From Alphaproteobacteria bacterium (GTDB taxonomy: Bacteria; Pseudomonadota; Alphaproteobacteria; JAAXGF01), in contig CAUVXB020000002.1 in the NCBI GenBank assembly GCA_963555825.3, positions 2,912,001 through 2,976,000 on the forward strand: a stretch of DNA of 64,000 nt, given 5' to 3'. Of the stretch, positions 12,038 through 21,946 are shown piece by piece (within the stretch, counting starts at the first letter, position 1; each line of letters begins with the position of its first letter). A program made the position numbers and the translations under genes. The notes beneath the pieces were generated by a model, which saw only the letters and a list, made by a program, of their open reading frames with translations, was not told the origin of the DNA and ran no database searches.

Positions 12038-13282
12038 TCATGCGGCGGCGCGATCCTGGCGTTCTCCATCTACGAATTTGACGCCGCGAATGATCTCGGC
12101 GAGATGGTTCGATCCATCGAGTTTTCTCCATTTTCTCTGAGCGCACTGGCATAGTTTGAAGACCATGGCCATCGCCGTCTTGCGCGACAGGCAGCCCTTG
12201 GTCCGGTAGGTGCGCAGACGAACCGTGGCGAACGTGCTCTCGATGGGGTTGGTCGTGCGTACATGCTTCCAGTGCTCGGCGGGGAAGTCGTAGAACGTCA
12301 GCAGGACGTCGCGGTCCTTGGCCAGGCAGGCCGCGGCCTTGTCGTACTTCGGCCCGTAGGCTTCCAGGAAGAAGTCGAAGGCGCTCTCGGCATCCTTCCT
12401 GGTTTCGGCCATCCAGATGTCTTGCAGGCGCCCCTTGGCTTTCTTTTGCAGACCCTTGGGCAGCTTGTTCAAGACGTTGCCCGTCTTGTGAACCCAGCAG
12501 CGTTGCTCGCGGGCGCCTGGGTAGACTTGGCGGAGCGCCTTCCAGAAGCCGAGCGCGCCGTCGCCGAGCGCCAGTTGCGGACCCATTTCAAGGCCGCGCC
12601 GCTTGAGATCGAGCAGAACTTCGAGCCAGGACTGCTCACTTTCGCGATAGCCGTCGGCGATGGCGATCAGTTCCTTCTGTCCCTTGTCCGTGGCCCCGAC
12701 GATCACCAGGATGCACTGCTTCTCTTCCTCCATGCGGGCGCTGAAATAGATGCCGTCCACCCAGAAATAGACGTAGCGCTTGGCCGTGAGGTCGCGCCGT
12801 TGCCAGCGCTCCGCCTCAACCCCCCAGACCTCTTTCAGCCGGGTGATCGTGGAGGCCGAAAGCCCCGGCGCGGAGCTCCCCAGGAGCGCCGCCAAGGCTT
12901 CCCCGAAGTCGCCGGTGGAAATGCCCTTCAGATACAGCCATGGCAAAAGGTCTTCCAGGCTCTTGGCGCGGCGCAGATAGCGCGGCAGGATCGCCGACGT
13001 GAAGCGGATGGCGCCGTCCCCCCGGTCCCGCACACGGGGTTGGCGCACGCTCACCGGGCCGATCCCGGTCTGGATGAAGCGTTCCGGCAGATATCCATTG
13101 CGGACAACCCGGCGGCGGCCGGCGGCGTCAACAAGCGCCGCATGGCTACCCAAAAACACGGAGACCTCGGCCTCAACGGCTTGGGCCAACAACTCGCGAG
13201 CTCCAGCTTGTAGGACTTCCGTCAACGGATCTTTCTGAAAATCAGATGGGTTTTGAAAAGCAACAACGGTATTCTCTTTCAT
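12038..13282 (-). CDS. IS256-family transposase
   Basis: RNGY, YFWVDG, ESEQSW, GDGALGF, QRCWVH, TTNPIES. Confidence 0.95.
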   Translation of the reverse strand: MKENTVVAFQNPSDFQKDPLTEVLQAGARELLAQAVEAEVSVFLGSHAALVDAAGRRRVVRNGYLPERFIQTGIGPVSVRQPRVRDRGDGAIRFTSAILPRYLRRAKSLEDLLPWLYLKGISTGDFGEALAALLGSSAPGLSASTITRLKEVWGVEAERWQRRDLTAKRYVYFWVDGIYFSARMEEEKQCILVIVGATDKGQKELIAIADGYRESEQSWLEVLLDLKRRGLEMGPQLALGDGALGFWKALRQVYPGAREQRCWVHKTGNVLNKLPKGLQKKAKGRLQDIWMAETRKDAESAFDFFLEAYGPKYDKAAACLAKDRDVLLTFYDFPAEHWKHVRTTNPIESTFATVRLRTYRTKGCLSRKTAMAMVFKLCQCAQRKWRKLDGSNHLAEIIRGVKFVDGERQDRAAA

Positions 13283-13370
13283 GGCGTATCCTTCCTTGGC
13301 TTAGCTCAAGTGGTGACATCAACAATCACCAGGATACGCCGCCTTCATTTCAACGCCGTACACAAGATTC

Positions 13371-15171
13371 GACGGGGCGGTAAAAAGTTGTTGGCCGATG
13401 GCGTGCTTGTACAGGTCTTTGCGGTTCGGTGAAGAATATTTGCCTGTCTCCGCGTTGCTGGTGGATAAAACCTGATATTACCTACCCTTGGCTTCTCCTT
13501 GGCTTCGTTTTTTATGGTGCGATTGCCGCGCAGCGTCGGATATTGAGGCCGAGGGCACGCAGATTGACCACGTAGCGCATGGCCGGCATGCCGCGAATGC
13601 GTAGGTGAGCCAGGTTCATCTGGTACTTTAATCGCGACATGGTCGCTTCTATGCCGGCCCGCCATCTGTAGACGTTGCGGAAGGCATCGCTTTGTTCATA
13701 AAGCCGGCGCTTTTGGTTGGCAGCCCTGGCCGGGGTATATTGAAAGCGGGAAAATTGGCCGTCACGCTTGGCCGCCTGCACGGGACATCGCAGTATATCG
13801 GGACATTTTTGGCAGATGGAGAGGTCGAAACGGGCCTGCAGCTTGGCTTTGGCGAGCGAGGCTGAAACCGGTTCGACGTTATTGGGACAGCGCAAGACCA
13901 AGCCTTCTTCGTTGAGAGTGAAATCCTCCAACGTCAACCGTCCCGAGACGGCGCCTTTCGGCGGTCGTGCGGGCGCCACGAGATTGATGTTCTGTTCGCG
14001 CGTCAGAGCCATGTTGTCACTGGAACCGTAATGTGAATCACCCAGCATCACCGCCGGCGTCAGCGCGCGCTCGCTCAGATCATCCAGCGCATCGGCTAAG
14101 CGATGGCCGTCATGCACCGTCATCTTGTGGACCTCCACGTGGGTGATGAGGTCCGGTGTCGCGGCAACCGCCTCGTTACTGACATCTTCACAATAGGTTT
14201 CGACGATCTGCGCCATGTATCCTTGACCCTTGTGCGCGTTGTAGCTCGCGTCCGGGTCGGCCGGATTGCCGACGGTATCGCACGGCACATCCTTTGGATC
14301 TCGAATCGCGGCGCGCGTTGCGTCACGATCGCCATACTCATCATCAACGATCTCGAACTGATCGCGCAGAACCCTCTCCAGGATCGCAAAACTGGAAAGC
14401 TTTGCCGCCGCCGTGTCACGGAATTGCAGCACCAGGGCTAGGAGATACTGACCCGCTTCGCCGAGGCGCCGTTTTGAAACACTCGGCGCCGTATTCGCGA
14501 ACGCGCCATTACCCTCGCGATCGACATAGCGGCGGATCACCTCCTTGCTGATCTGCTCGTGCAGACCGGGATGATATCGCTCAAGCTCACGGGCAAACTT
14601 CGAGATGCTCTCAACAACGATACCAAGTCGTGTCAGCGCCCGCATTGCCGAACGAAGGGCCGTCGAATCCATGCGTTGGTGGCTGGTATCGACAGAGAAC
14701 CCCTGCACCAGCCGATCCGTCAAACACCGGAACAGCAATTCATCGAGACCTTGTTCGATAAACAGACGGCGATAGTTGCGCAGGGTTTTCTCACAGAAAT
14801 AGCTGTCCGCTTCGCTGCGCACGTCCAAGGCATAGTGCCACGCCATATTGAAGGCCAGGGCCTCGACGGTCTCTGCATCGCTCAGATCGTGCAGCTGCTG
14901 CAAAAGCAAGACCCCGATGACAACGTGTAGATCCTTCGATGGTCGGCCCATGCGTTCATCAAGGTGACGGCAAAGATCGTCAACCGGAAGTTCGACAAGC
15001 AGATGGTTCCGAAAAACCCCGGCCCAGGATTGCTCCATCAGGCGCCGACGTTTGTCCCCGAAATCGGACCAGCGATCAAACAATTCCCCAGTCCGTCGGT
15101 CGCGTAAAGTAAACATGCACAATTATAATCCAGCCGACTCTCATGAGGAATCGACTTTTTACCGCCCCGTC
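13371..15171 (-). mobile_element. 1801-bp IS (IS4-like superfamily, IS1182-like DDE) nested in IS256 end
   Basis: Perfect 18-bp TIR GACGGGGCGGTAAAAAGT; 7-bp TSD AAGATTC at 13364-13370 and 15172-15178. Confidence 0.9.
13512..15122 (-). CDS. DDE transposase (DUF772-like N-terminus, IS1182/IS5-like)
   Basis: GRPS, DLSDAETV, RMDSTAL, DPDASY, GDSHYGS, YRWRAGIEATMS. Confidence 0.85.
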   Translation of the reverse strand: MCMFTLRDRRTGELFDRWSDFGDKRRRLMEQSWAGVFRNHLLVELPVDDLCRHLDERMGRPSKDLHVVIGVLLLQQLHDLSDAETVEALAFNMAWHYALDVRSEADSYFCEKTLRNYRRLFIEQGLDELLFRCLTDRLVQGFSVDTSHQRMDSTALRSAMRALTRLGIVVESISKFARELERYHPGLHEQISKEVIRRYVDREGNGAFANTAPSVSKRRLGEAGQYLLALVLQFRDTAAAKLSSFAILERVLRDQFEIVDDEYGDRDATRAAIRDPKDVPCDTVGNPADPDASYNAHKGQGYMAQIVETYCEDVSNEAVAATPDLITHVEVHKMTVHDGHRLADALDDLSERALTPAVMLGDSHYGSSDNMALTREQNINLVAPARPPKGAVSGRLTLEDFTLNEEGLVLRCPNNVEPVSASLAKAKLQARFDLSICQKCPDILRCPVQAAKRDGQFSRFQYTPARAANQKRRLYEQSDAFRNVYRWRAGIEATMSRLKYQMNLAHLRIRGMPAMRYVVNLRALGLNIRRCAAIAP

Positions 15172-15671
15172 AAGATTCGGTTATAGCTCTGGCCGAGCGC
15201 AATGCGGACGTGCCCGAGGACAAGCGCATCGATTTCCGCATTGGCGTCAACTTGGGCGACATCATCATCGAGGGCACCGACATTTACGGCGATGGCGTCA
15301 ACGTCGCCGCACGCCTGCAACAGCTCGCCGCGCCCGGCGGCATCGCCCTGAGCGCCACCGCTCACGAGCACGCGGTGGCAAAGGTCGACATCGGCTTCCA
15401 AGATGGCGGAGAGCACGAACTCAAGAACATTACCAAGCCCGTTCGCATCTACCACTGGTCTAACGACGACCCCGGCCGTCAGCCACACTCAGCAGGTGCG
15501 GAGGACGCGCTGCCACTACCCGACAAGCCTTCAATTGCGGTGCTGCCGTTCGTTAACATATCGGGTGACCCCGATCAGGAGTACTTCTCGGATGGCATTA
15601 CCGAGTGAGTCGGACCCGATTTCCTTGGACACAGAATTGGCTTAATCGAAGTGTCCAAGGAGGACCGGAAC

Positions 15672-16082
15672 ATGACCGACAATTTTGAGAACAAAGTTGC
15701 TGTTGATGGGCCTGTGGTAAACGAGGGCGAGCTTGGCTCGTCCACGTTTTCCCCGGGCCAGGTTTCGCCGGCAGGCCCGCTGGGACTTGGCCAGCGGTGG
15801 ACGGTGACGCGCAAGCGTGAGGTTGCCCTGCGGCTTTTGCGTGGCGAGCCGGTGGAACTTTTGTCGCGGCAGTTGGGCGTGGAGATTTTCCGGCTCGAGC
15901 AGTGGCGTGAGAAGGCGATCGCCGGGATCGATGCCTCGCTCAAGGAACGCAAGGGCGATCCGGTGAAGGCGGAACTGGACATCGCCATGAAGCGGATCGG
16001 GGAGTTGATCATGCAGGTGGAACTGCTGGAGGCCAAGACGGAGACGTCCGGCCCTTTGGGGCGGCGGAGGTCGCGGCGATGA
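15672..16082 (+). CDS. IS OrfA, HTH DNA-binding protein
   Basis: SD AGGAGG; RWTVTRKREVALRLLRGE..LSRQLGV..LEQWR; ATGA overlap with OrfB. Confidence 0.8.
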   Translation: MTDNFENKVAVDGPVVNEGELGSSTFSPGQVSPAGPLGLGQRWTVTRKREVALRLLRGEPVELLSRQLGVEIFRLEQWREKAIAGIDASLKERKGDPVKAELDIAMKRIGELIMQVELLEAKTETSGPLGRRRSRR

Positions 16083-16990
16083 GTGCCGCCACCTCTCCCG
16101 GCACGGGTTTGGCCTACGGCCTCCAGCGGGTCTGTGCGGCCTGGGGTTTTGCCCGTTCCTCGTTCTACGCCATGAAATCCCGGCAGCAGGCCACCGCTGA
16201 GCGCCCACCAGCAAAGCGCCGGGGACCGAAGCCCTCGATCTCGGACGAGGCTCTGCTGGTGGCCATCGAGGCCGACCTGGAGGCATCCCCCTGGGAGGGC
16301 GAGGGACACCGCAAGGTCTGGGCTCGGCTTCGGGTCTGTCGTGGCATCCGTGTTTCCCGCAAGCGGGGGCTCCGGGTGATGCGCGAGAACAACCTGCTCT
16401 CGCCCCATCGCTGCCGCCGCCGTGGCGGAAATCCCCATGTCGGTGAGATCATCACCCATGCCCCCAACCTCATGTGGGGCACGGACGGCGTTCGGGTGTT
16501 CACGGTGGACGACGGCTGGGGCTGGATATTCACCGCCATCGAGCATTGGAACGCCGAGTGCGTCGGCTGGCATGTGTGCAAGCGAGGCGACCGCTTCGCC
16601 GCCCTTCAGCCGATCTCCATGGGGCTTGCGAGGCTGTATGCCTCGACCTCCGCCGGTGCGGCGCGGGGGCTGGCCTTGCGGATGGATCACGGCTCCCAGT
16701 ATCTGTCGGACCACTTCACCAACCAGATCAAGTTCTGGGGCATCCAGCCGTCCTACGCCTTCGTCGAACAGCCCCAGACCAACGGCGTCGCCGAGAGGTT
16801 CAATCGCACGCTCAAGGAACAGATCATCCATGGCCGCATCTACCGCAACATCGCGGAGCTGCGGAACGCCGTCCGCGGGTTCGTCGAACAGTACAATGCC
16901 CAGTGGATCGTGGAGAAGAACGGCTACCTGAGCCCCGCTCAAGCTCGTCAGGCGTGGCACACCGCGATGTCACTCAGGCCCGCCGCATGA
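16079..16990 (+). CDS. IS OrfB, rve integrase-core DDE transposase
   Basis: PNLMWGTD, RMDHGSQY, PQTNGVAERFNRTLKE. Confidence 0.92.
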   Translation: MSAATSPGTGLAYGLQRVCAAWGFARSSFYAMKSRQQATAERPPAKRRGPKPSISDEALLVAIEADLEASPWEGEGHRKVWARLRVCRGIRVSRKRGLRVMRENNLLSPHRCRRRGGNPHVGEIITHAPNLMWGTDGVRVFTVDDGWGWIFTAIEHWNAECVGWHVCKRGDRFAALQPISMGLARLYASTSAGAARGLALRMDHGSQYLSDHFTNQIKFWGIQPSYAFVEQPQTNGVAERFNRTLKEQIIHGRIYRNIAELRNAVRGFVEQYNAQWIVEKNGYLSPAQARQAWHTAMSLRPAA

Positions 16991-18197
16991 GACAAACTTG
17001 TGTCCAAGGAACCGGGTGCGATACAGATGGCATTACCGAGGACATCATCACTACCCTGTCCAAGCTTGCCGGACTGCGGGTGATCGCCCGCAATTCGAGC
17101 TTCGTTTACAAGGGCCAGACCATTGACATCCGTGTGGCGGCGAAGCAGCTCGGCGTGCAATACGTGCTCGAAGGCAGCGTCCGCCGGGGCGGCGACCGCA
17201 TCCGCATCACGGCGCAGCTAATTGATGCATCCAGCGGTTCGCATCTCTGGGCCGAACGCTATGACCGTTCGGTGGAGGACATTTTCACCGTGCAAGACGA
17301 GATCACGCTCGTCCTTGCAACCGAGATGCAGGTCAAGCTGACCGAAGGCGAGCAGGCCCGGCTTCATTACACAACGACTGGCAACGTCGACGCCTGGACC
17401 CACTGGGTGAAGGGACTGTCCCATTATCGTCAGGCGGTCACGAAGGAAAACTTCACTCCAGCGCTGTCTTACTGGCAAAAAGCGCTGGCCCTCGATCCTG
17501 CCTCGGCCGCCCTGCACGGTATGATCGGCTACATGCATTACATGGATGCCCGTTTTGGCTGGTGGGACGACTGGCAAATGGCGCTCGAAAAGGCGCGCAG
17601 GTATGCGGACCGGGCGCTCGAACTCGATCCGGACAGCCCCGATGGCCACACCGCGTCGAGCCTGACCTGTTTGCTGGAGGGACGCTATGACGAAGCTGCG
17701 GTCCATGCGCACCGGGCAGCGGACCTCGCACCCGGTTCGGCCGATGCCGTGTCCTTTGCCTGCGTCGTTCTCACCAACGTTGGAAATGCCCAAGAAGCAG
17801 TGGCCCACGGCGAAAGGGCGATGATCCTCAGCCCGAACTATCCGGCCTCCTATCTGGGACAACTGGGTAACGCCTATCGCCTGGCGGGACGGATCGAGGA
17901 CGCAATAGCCGCCTTCAAGGCCTATCACGCCCGCAACCCGGGATTTGGCCTGAGTGACCTCGTCATCGTCTATCAGCAGACCGATCGGCCGGCCGAGGCC
18001 AAGCAAACGGCGGAGCAACTCCTCTCCATCCGCCGGGATTTCACGATTGCCGCCTGGGCGAAAACCCAATTTCGTGCCGATAAGGCAGGGATTGAGGCCG
18101 ACATCACGGCGTTGCGTGCCGCGGGGCTTCCGATGAACTGAGGATGATCGAAGTACCCACTCCGACATCGATCGGCAGATTGGTCGCGCCGACAAAC

Positions 18198-18272
18198 ATG
18201 TCCGCCATCGGGTCACGAGCCGATCTCTGGCGATCTCGTTTCGGATGTTTGGTTCGGAGCGGTAAGCGGACC
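18198..18272 (+). repeat. Composite GTCCGC/GCGGAC hairpin element downstream of cyclase gene
   Basis: ATGTCCGCCATCGGGTCACGAGCCGA..GGCGAT..CGGATGTTTGGTTCGGAGCGGTAAGCGGACC; homologous to 8914-8985(-). Confidence 0.65.
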
Positions 18273-18356
18273 TAAAACGCACGGCTTCCGAATTTCACGA
18301 CACGCGTGCCCGGGCGCGCCAATCGCGCAATAATCGGCTATACTTGCGGCCGGAAC

Positions 18357-18839
18357 ATGCTCGATCGCAGATCACTCGTCGCGCTTTCGGTGCCCGGCCT
18401 GATCCTGGTCGCGGCCTTCGTCGCGACCGCCGACGACGCCGTCATGCTGTTTCGCCACGGCGGCTGGTATGCGTTGCTCGGTAACTTCCTCGCCGTCGTC
18501 GGCTCGTTGGTGATGGTGCTCGCCGGCGGTTTTCTCGCCGTCGCGGCCGTCGTTCTGCTGCCCTTCATCCTGCTCGTGCGTGGCGAATCGGCGACCGCCG
18601 TCGCCGTCGCCGAATGGCTCGAGGCGCGCGGGCGGGACGGCAGCCGAATGGGCGCCGCCTGGCTCGGCAACGCGCCGGGCAGCGAACCCAGCCGCACCTG
18701 GGACCCGGTGTTCGGCGACTTCATGGAACCGGGCTCGAGCGCGCGCGACAACATCTGCACGGTGATCCAGCTCGGCGCCTATCCGATCGCCGCCATCCTG
18801 CTGCTGCTCGGCCTGCGCCTCTACCAGTGGCTTAGCTAG
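18357..18839 (+). CDS. Hypothetical membrane protein
   Basis: Three or four hydrophobic segments; GC-biased codon usage; no recognised motif. Confidence 0.5.
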   Translation: MLDRRSLVALSVPGLILVAAFVATADDAVMLFRHGGWYALLGNFLAVVGSLVMVLAGGFLAVAAVVLLPFILLVRGESATAVAVAEWLEARGRDGSRMGAAWLGNAPGSEPSRTWDPVFGDFMEPGSSARDNICTVIQLGAYPIAAILLLLGLRLYQWLS

Positions 18840-19662
18840 GAGACGGTTTCCGCGCGGTCAGCGTCACGCCGCCCAACTTGCCGCCGTCGAACAGCATCAC
18901 GACCGTGTCGTAGAAATCGGTCAGCGCCGCGACCGTCGCCGCGCCGTGGATCGCGGTATGCGCCGCACGGTTGGCGTGATAGGCGTCGCGCCGGGCCAGG
19001 GTGAAGCCGCGCCAGCTCTCGGTCATGTCTTCGAAACCGACGTCGACGAACCCGGCGTCGCGCAACACGCCGACATAGTCGTCGCGCAAGTGCAGGGTCT
19101 GGCCGTAGATTTTCTCGGTCACCGCGTGCTGTTCACCCGCATCGAAATCGGCGTGGCGGAACAGGTCCTCGACATAGAGCCGACCGCCCGGCTTCAGCGT
19201 CGCGATCGCCTTGGCGAACAGCGCCCGGTGATCGGCGATATGGTAAACGGCGAGCCAACTGACCAGCGCGTCGTGGGTGTCCGCCGGCAGCTCCGCGGTC
19301 AGCACGTCGCCGCAAAGATGCGTGACGCGGTCGACGAGGCCGCAGCGCTCGGTCAGCGAGCGCGCGATACCGTCGATGTCGGCCTGCAGCTCGATCGCCG
19401 TGACGTGGCAGCCGGTCCATTGCGCCAGATAGCGCGCCGGGCCGCCGAGCCCCGAACCGACGTCGAGCACCCGGCTGGCGCCGCCGATGCCGAGCGCCTC
19501 GATCGCCGCGTCGACCGCCTCGGTGCCGAAATAGTGGAACTGGTCGAACGGCGTCAGGTCGTCGACGGTCAGCGGGTCGTCGGCGCCGATGCCGACATGG
19601 GCGAGGTCGTTGTAAATCCGCTCGACGCCTTCGTAGAGCTTCATCGATTTGATCGTGGTCAT
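18832..19662 (-). CDS. Class I SAM-dependent methyltransferase (sarcosine/dimethylglycine N-methyltransferase-like)
   Basis: [25 protein letters not shown]. Confidence 0.85.
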   Translation of the reverse strand: MTTIKSMKLYEGVERIYNDLAHVGIGADDPLTVDDLTPFDQFHYFGTEAVDAAIEALGIGGASRVLDVGSGLGGPARYLAQWTGCHVTAIELQADIDGIARSLTERCGLVDRVTHLCGDVLTAELPADTHDALVSWLAVYHIADHRALFAKAIATLKPGGRLYVEDLFRHADFDAGEQHAVTEKIYGQTLHLRDDYVGVLRDAGFVDVGFEDMTESWRGFTLARRDAYHANRAAHTAIHGAATVAALTDFYDTVVMLFDGGKLGGVTLTARKPSPS

Positions 19663-19793
19663 TCGGCGAGCCCCCGGCCCGGCAATTTCAGCGTCGCCAT
19701 TATAGGGGCTTGCGCCTTCGGTGTTCGAGCGCCACCATCCGCGGCGCGTCCCGCGTGGCGTGGCGGCTGTCATCTGGCCGGGGAGACGAGACA

Positions 19794-21290
<1,497 letters not shown>

Positions 21291-21375
21291 GGTTGGCCGG
21301 TCAGGCCAATCAAAGGGTGCCGCGGCGCCGCGTTTCGTGGCACCATGGCGGTCCGGACGCTGGGTGGGGGCGCGG

Positions 21376-21936
21376 ATGGCCGAGATAATCCTCTTCGTGA
21401 TTCTGGGCGTGGCGGTTGCCGTCGTCGCCTGGGCGATCGCCGTCTACAACAAGCTGGTGCGCAAGCGCACCATGGTGAAGGAGGGCTGGAGCGGCATCGA
21501 CGTCCAGCTCAAGCGGCGCTCCAATCTGATCCCCAACCTGATCGAGACGGTCAAGGGCTATATGGGCCACGAGCGCGGCGTGCTCGAAGAGGTCACCGAG
21601 CTGCGCTCGCGCTCGATGGGTGGCGGCACGCCGGGCCAGCAGGGCCCGATCGAGGGCGCGTTGAGCCGCGCGCTGGGCAAGCTGTTCGCCGTCGCCGAGG
21701 CCTATCCCGACCTCAAGGCGAGCCAGAACTTCGCCGATTTGCAGGACGAGCTGTCCGAGACCGAGGACCAAATCCAGCTCGCCCGGCGCTATTACAACGG
21801 CGCGGTGCGCGACCTCAATATCCTGATCGAGCAGTTCCCGAGCAATCTGATCGCCGGCCGCTTCGGTTTCATCCAGGCCGAGTTCTTCGAGATCGAGGAC
21901 GCCGCCGACCGCGCCGTGCCCGAGGTCAAGTTTTAG
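21376..21936 (+). CDS. lemA: LemA family protein
   Basis: N-terminal TM, WSGIDVQLKRR..LIPNL, AEAYPDLKA, ARRYYN, FPSNL. Confidence 0.92.
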   Translation: MAEIILFVILGVAVAVVAWAIAVYNKLVRKRTMVKEGWSGIDVQLKRRSNLIPNLIETVKGYMGHERGVLEEVTELRSRSMGGGTPGQQGPIEGALSRALGKLFAVAEAYPDLKASQNFADLQDELSETEDQIQLARRYYNGAVRDLNILIEQFPSNLIAGRFGFIQAEFFEIEDAADRAVPEVKF

Positions 21937-21946
21937 GCGCGCGGCA

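Larger units (their letters stand above)
12007..15189 (-). mobile_element. IS256-family element (interrupted in one TIR by a second IS)
   Basis: 9-bp TSD TGGCCGAGC at 11998-12006 and 15190-15198; ends GAGCTAT..TTGTGTAYGG imperfect IR once the nested IS is removed. Confidence 0.92.
15606..17025 (+). mobile_element. 1420-bp two-ORF IS (IS3/IS481-like), copy 1
   Basis: TG..CA ends, imperfect TIR with core TTCCTTGGACACA; 15-bp TSD GATGGCATTACCGAG at 15591-15605 and 17026-17040. Confidence 0.93.
11748..18141 (+). pseudogene. Class III adenylate/guanylate cyclase - TolB-like - TPR protein, split by three IS elements
   Basis: Pieces 11748-12006, 15199-15605 and 17041-18141 rejoin in frame after removing ISs and one TSD copy (..MAERNADVPEDKRIDFRIGVNLGD..DGVNVAARL..PSIAVLPF..YFSDGITEDIIT..). 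Confidence 0.92.

Noticed and set aside
15591-17046. GAGGAC shared by both targets of the 15-bp-TSD IS and its left end, as sequence-guided targeting
   Set aside because: Only 6 nt, at opposite edges of the two targets; compatible with chance.
16474-18141. 555-aa ORF (and 54776-55744) as real fusion proteins
   Set aside because: N-terminal part is an off-frame reading of the IS running into the interrupted host gene.
11587-18272. Canonical integron
   Set aside because: No IntI, and hairpins lack the RYYYAAC/GTTRRRY core of attC; reported only as an analogy.
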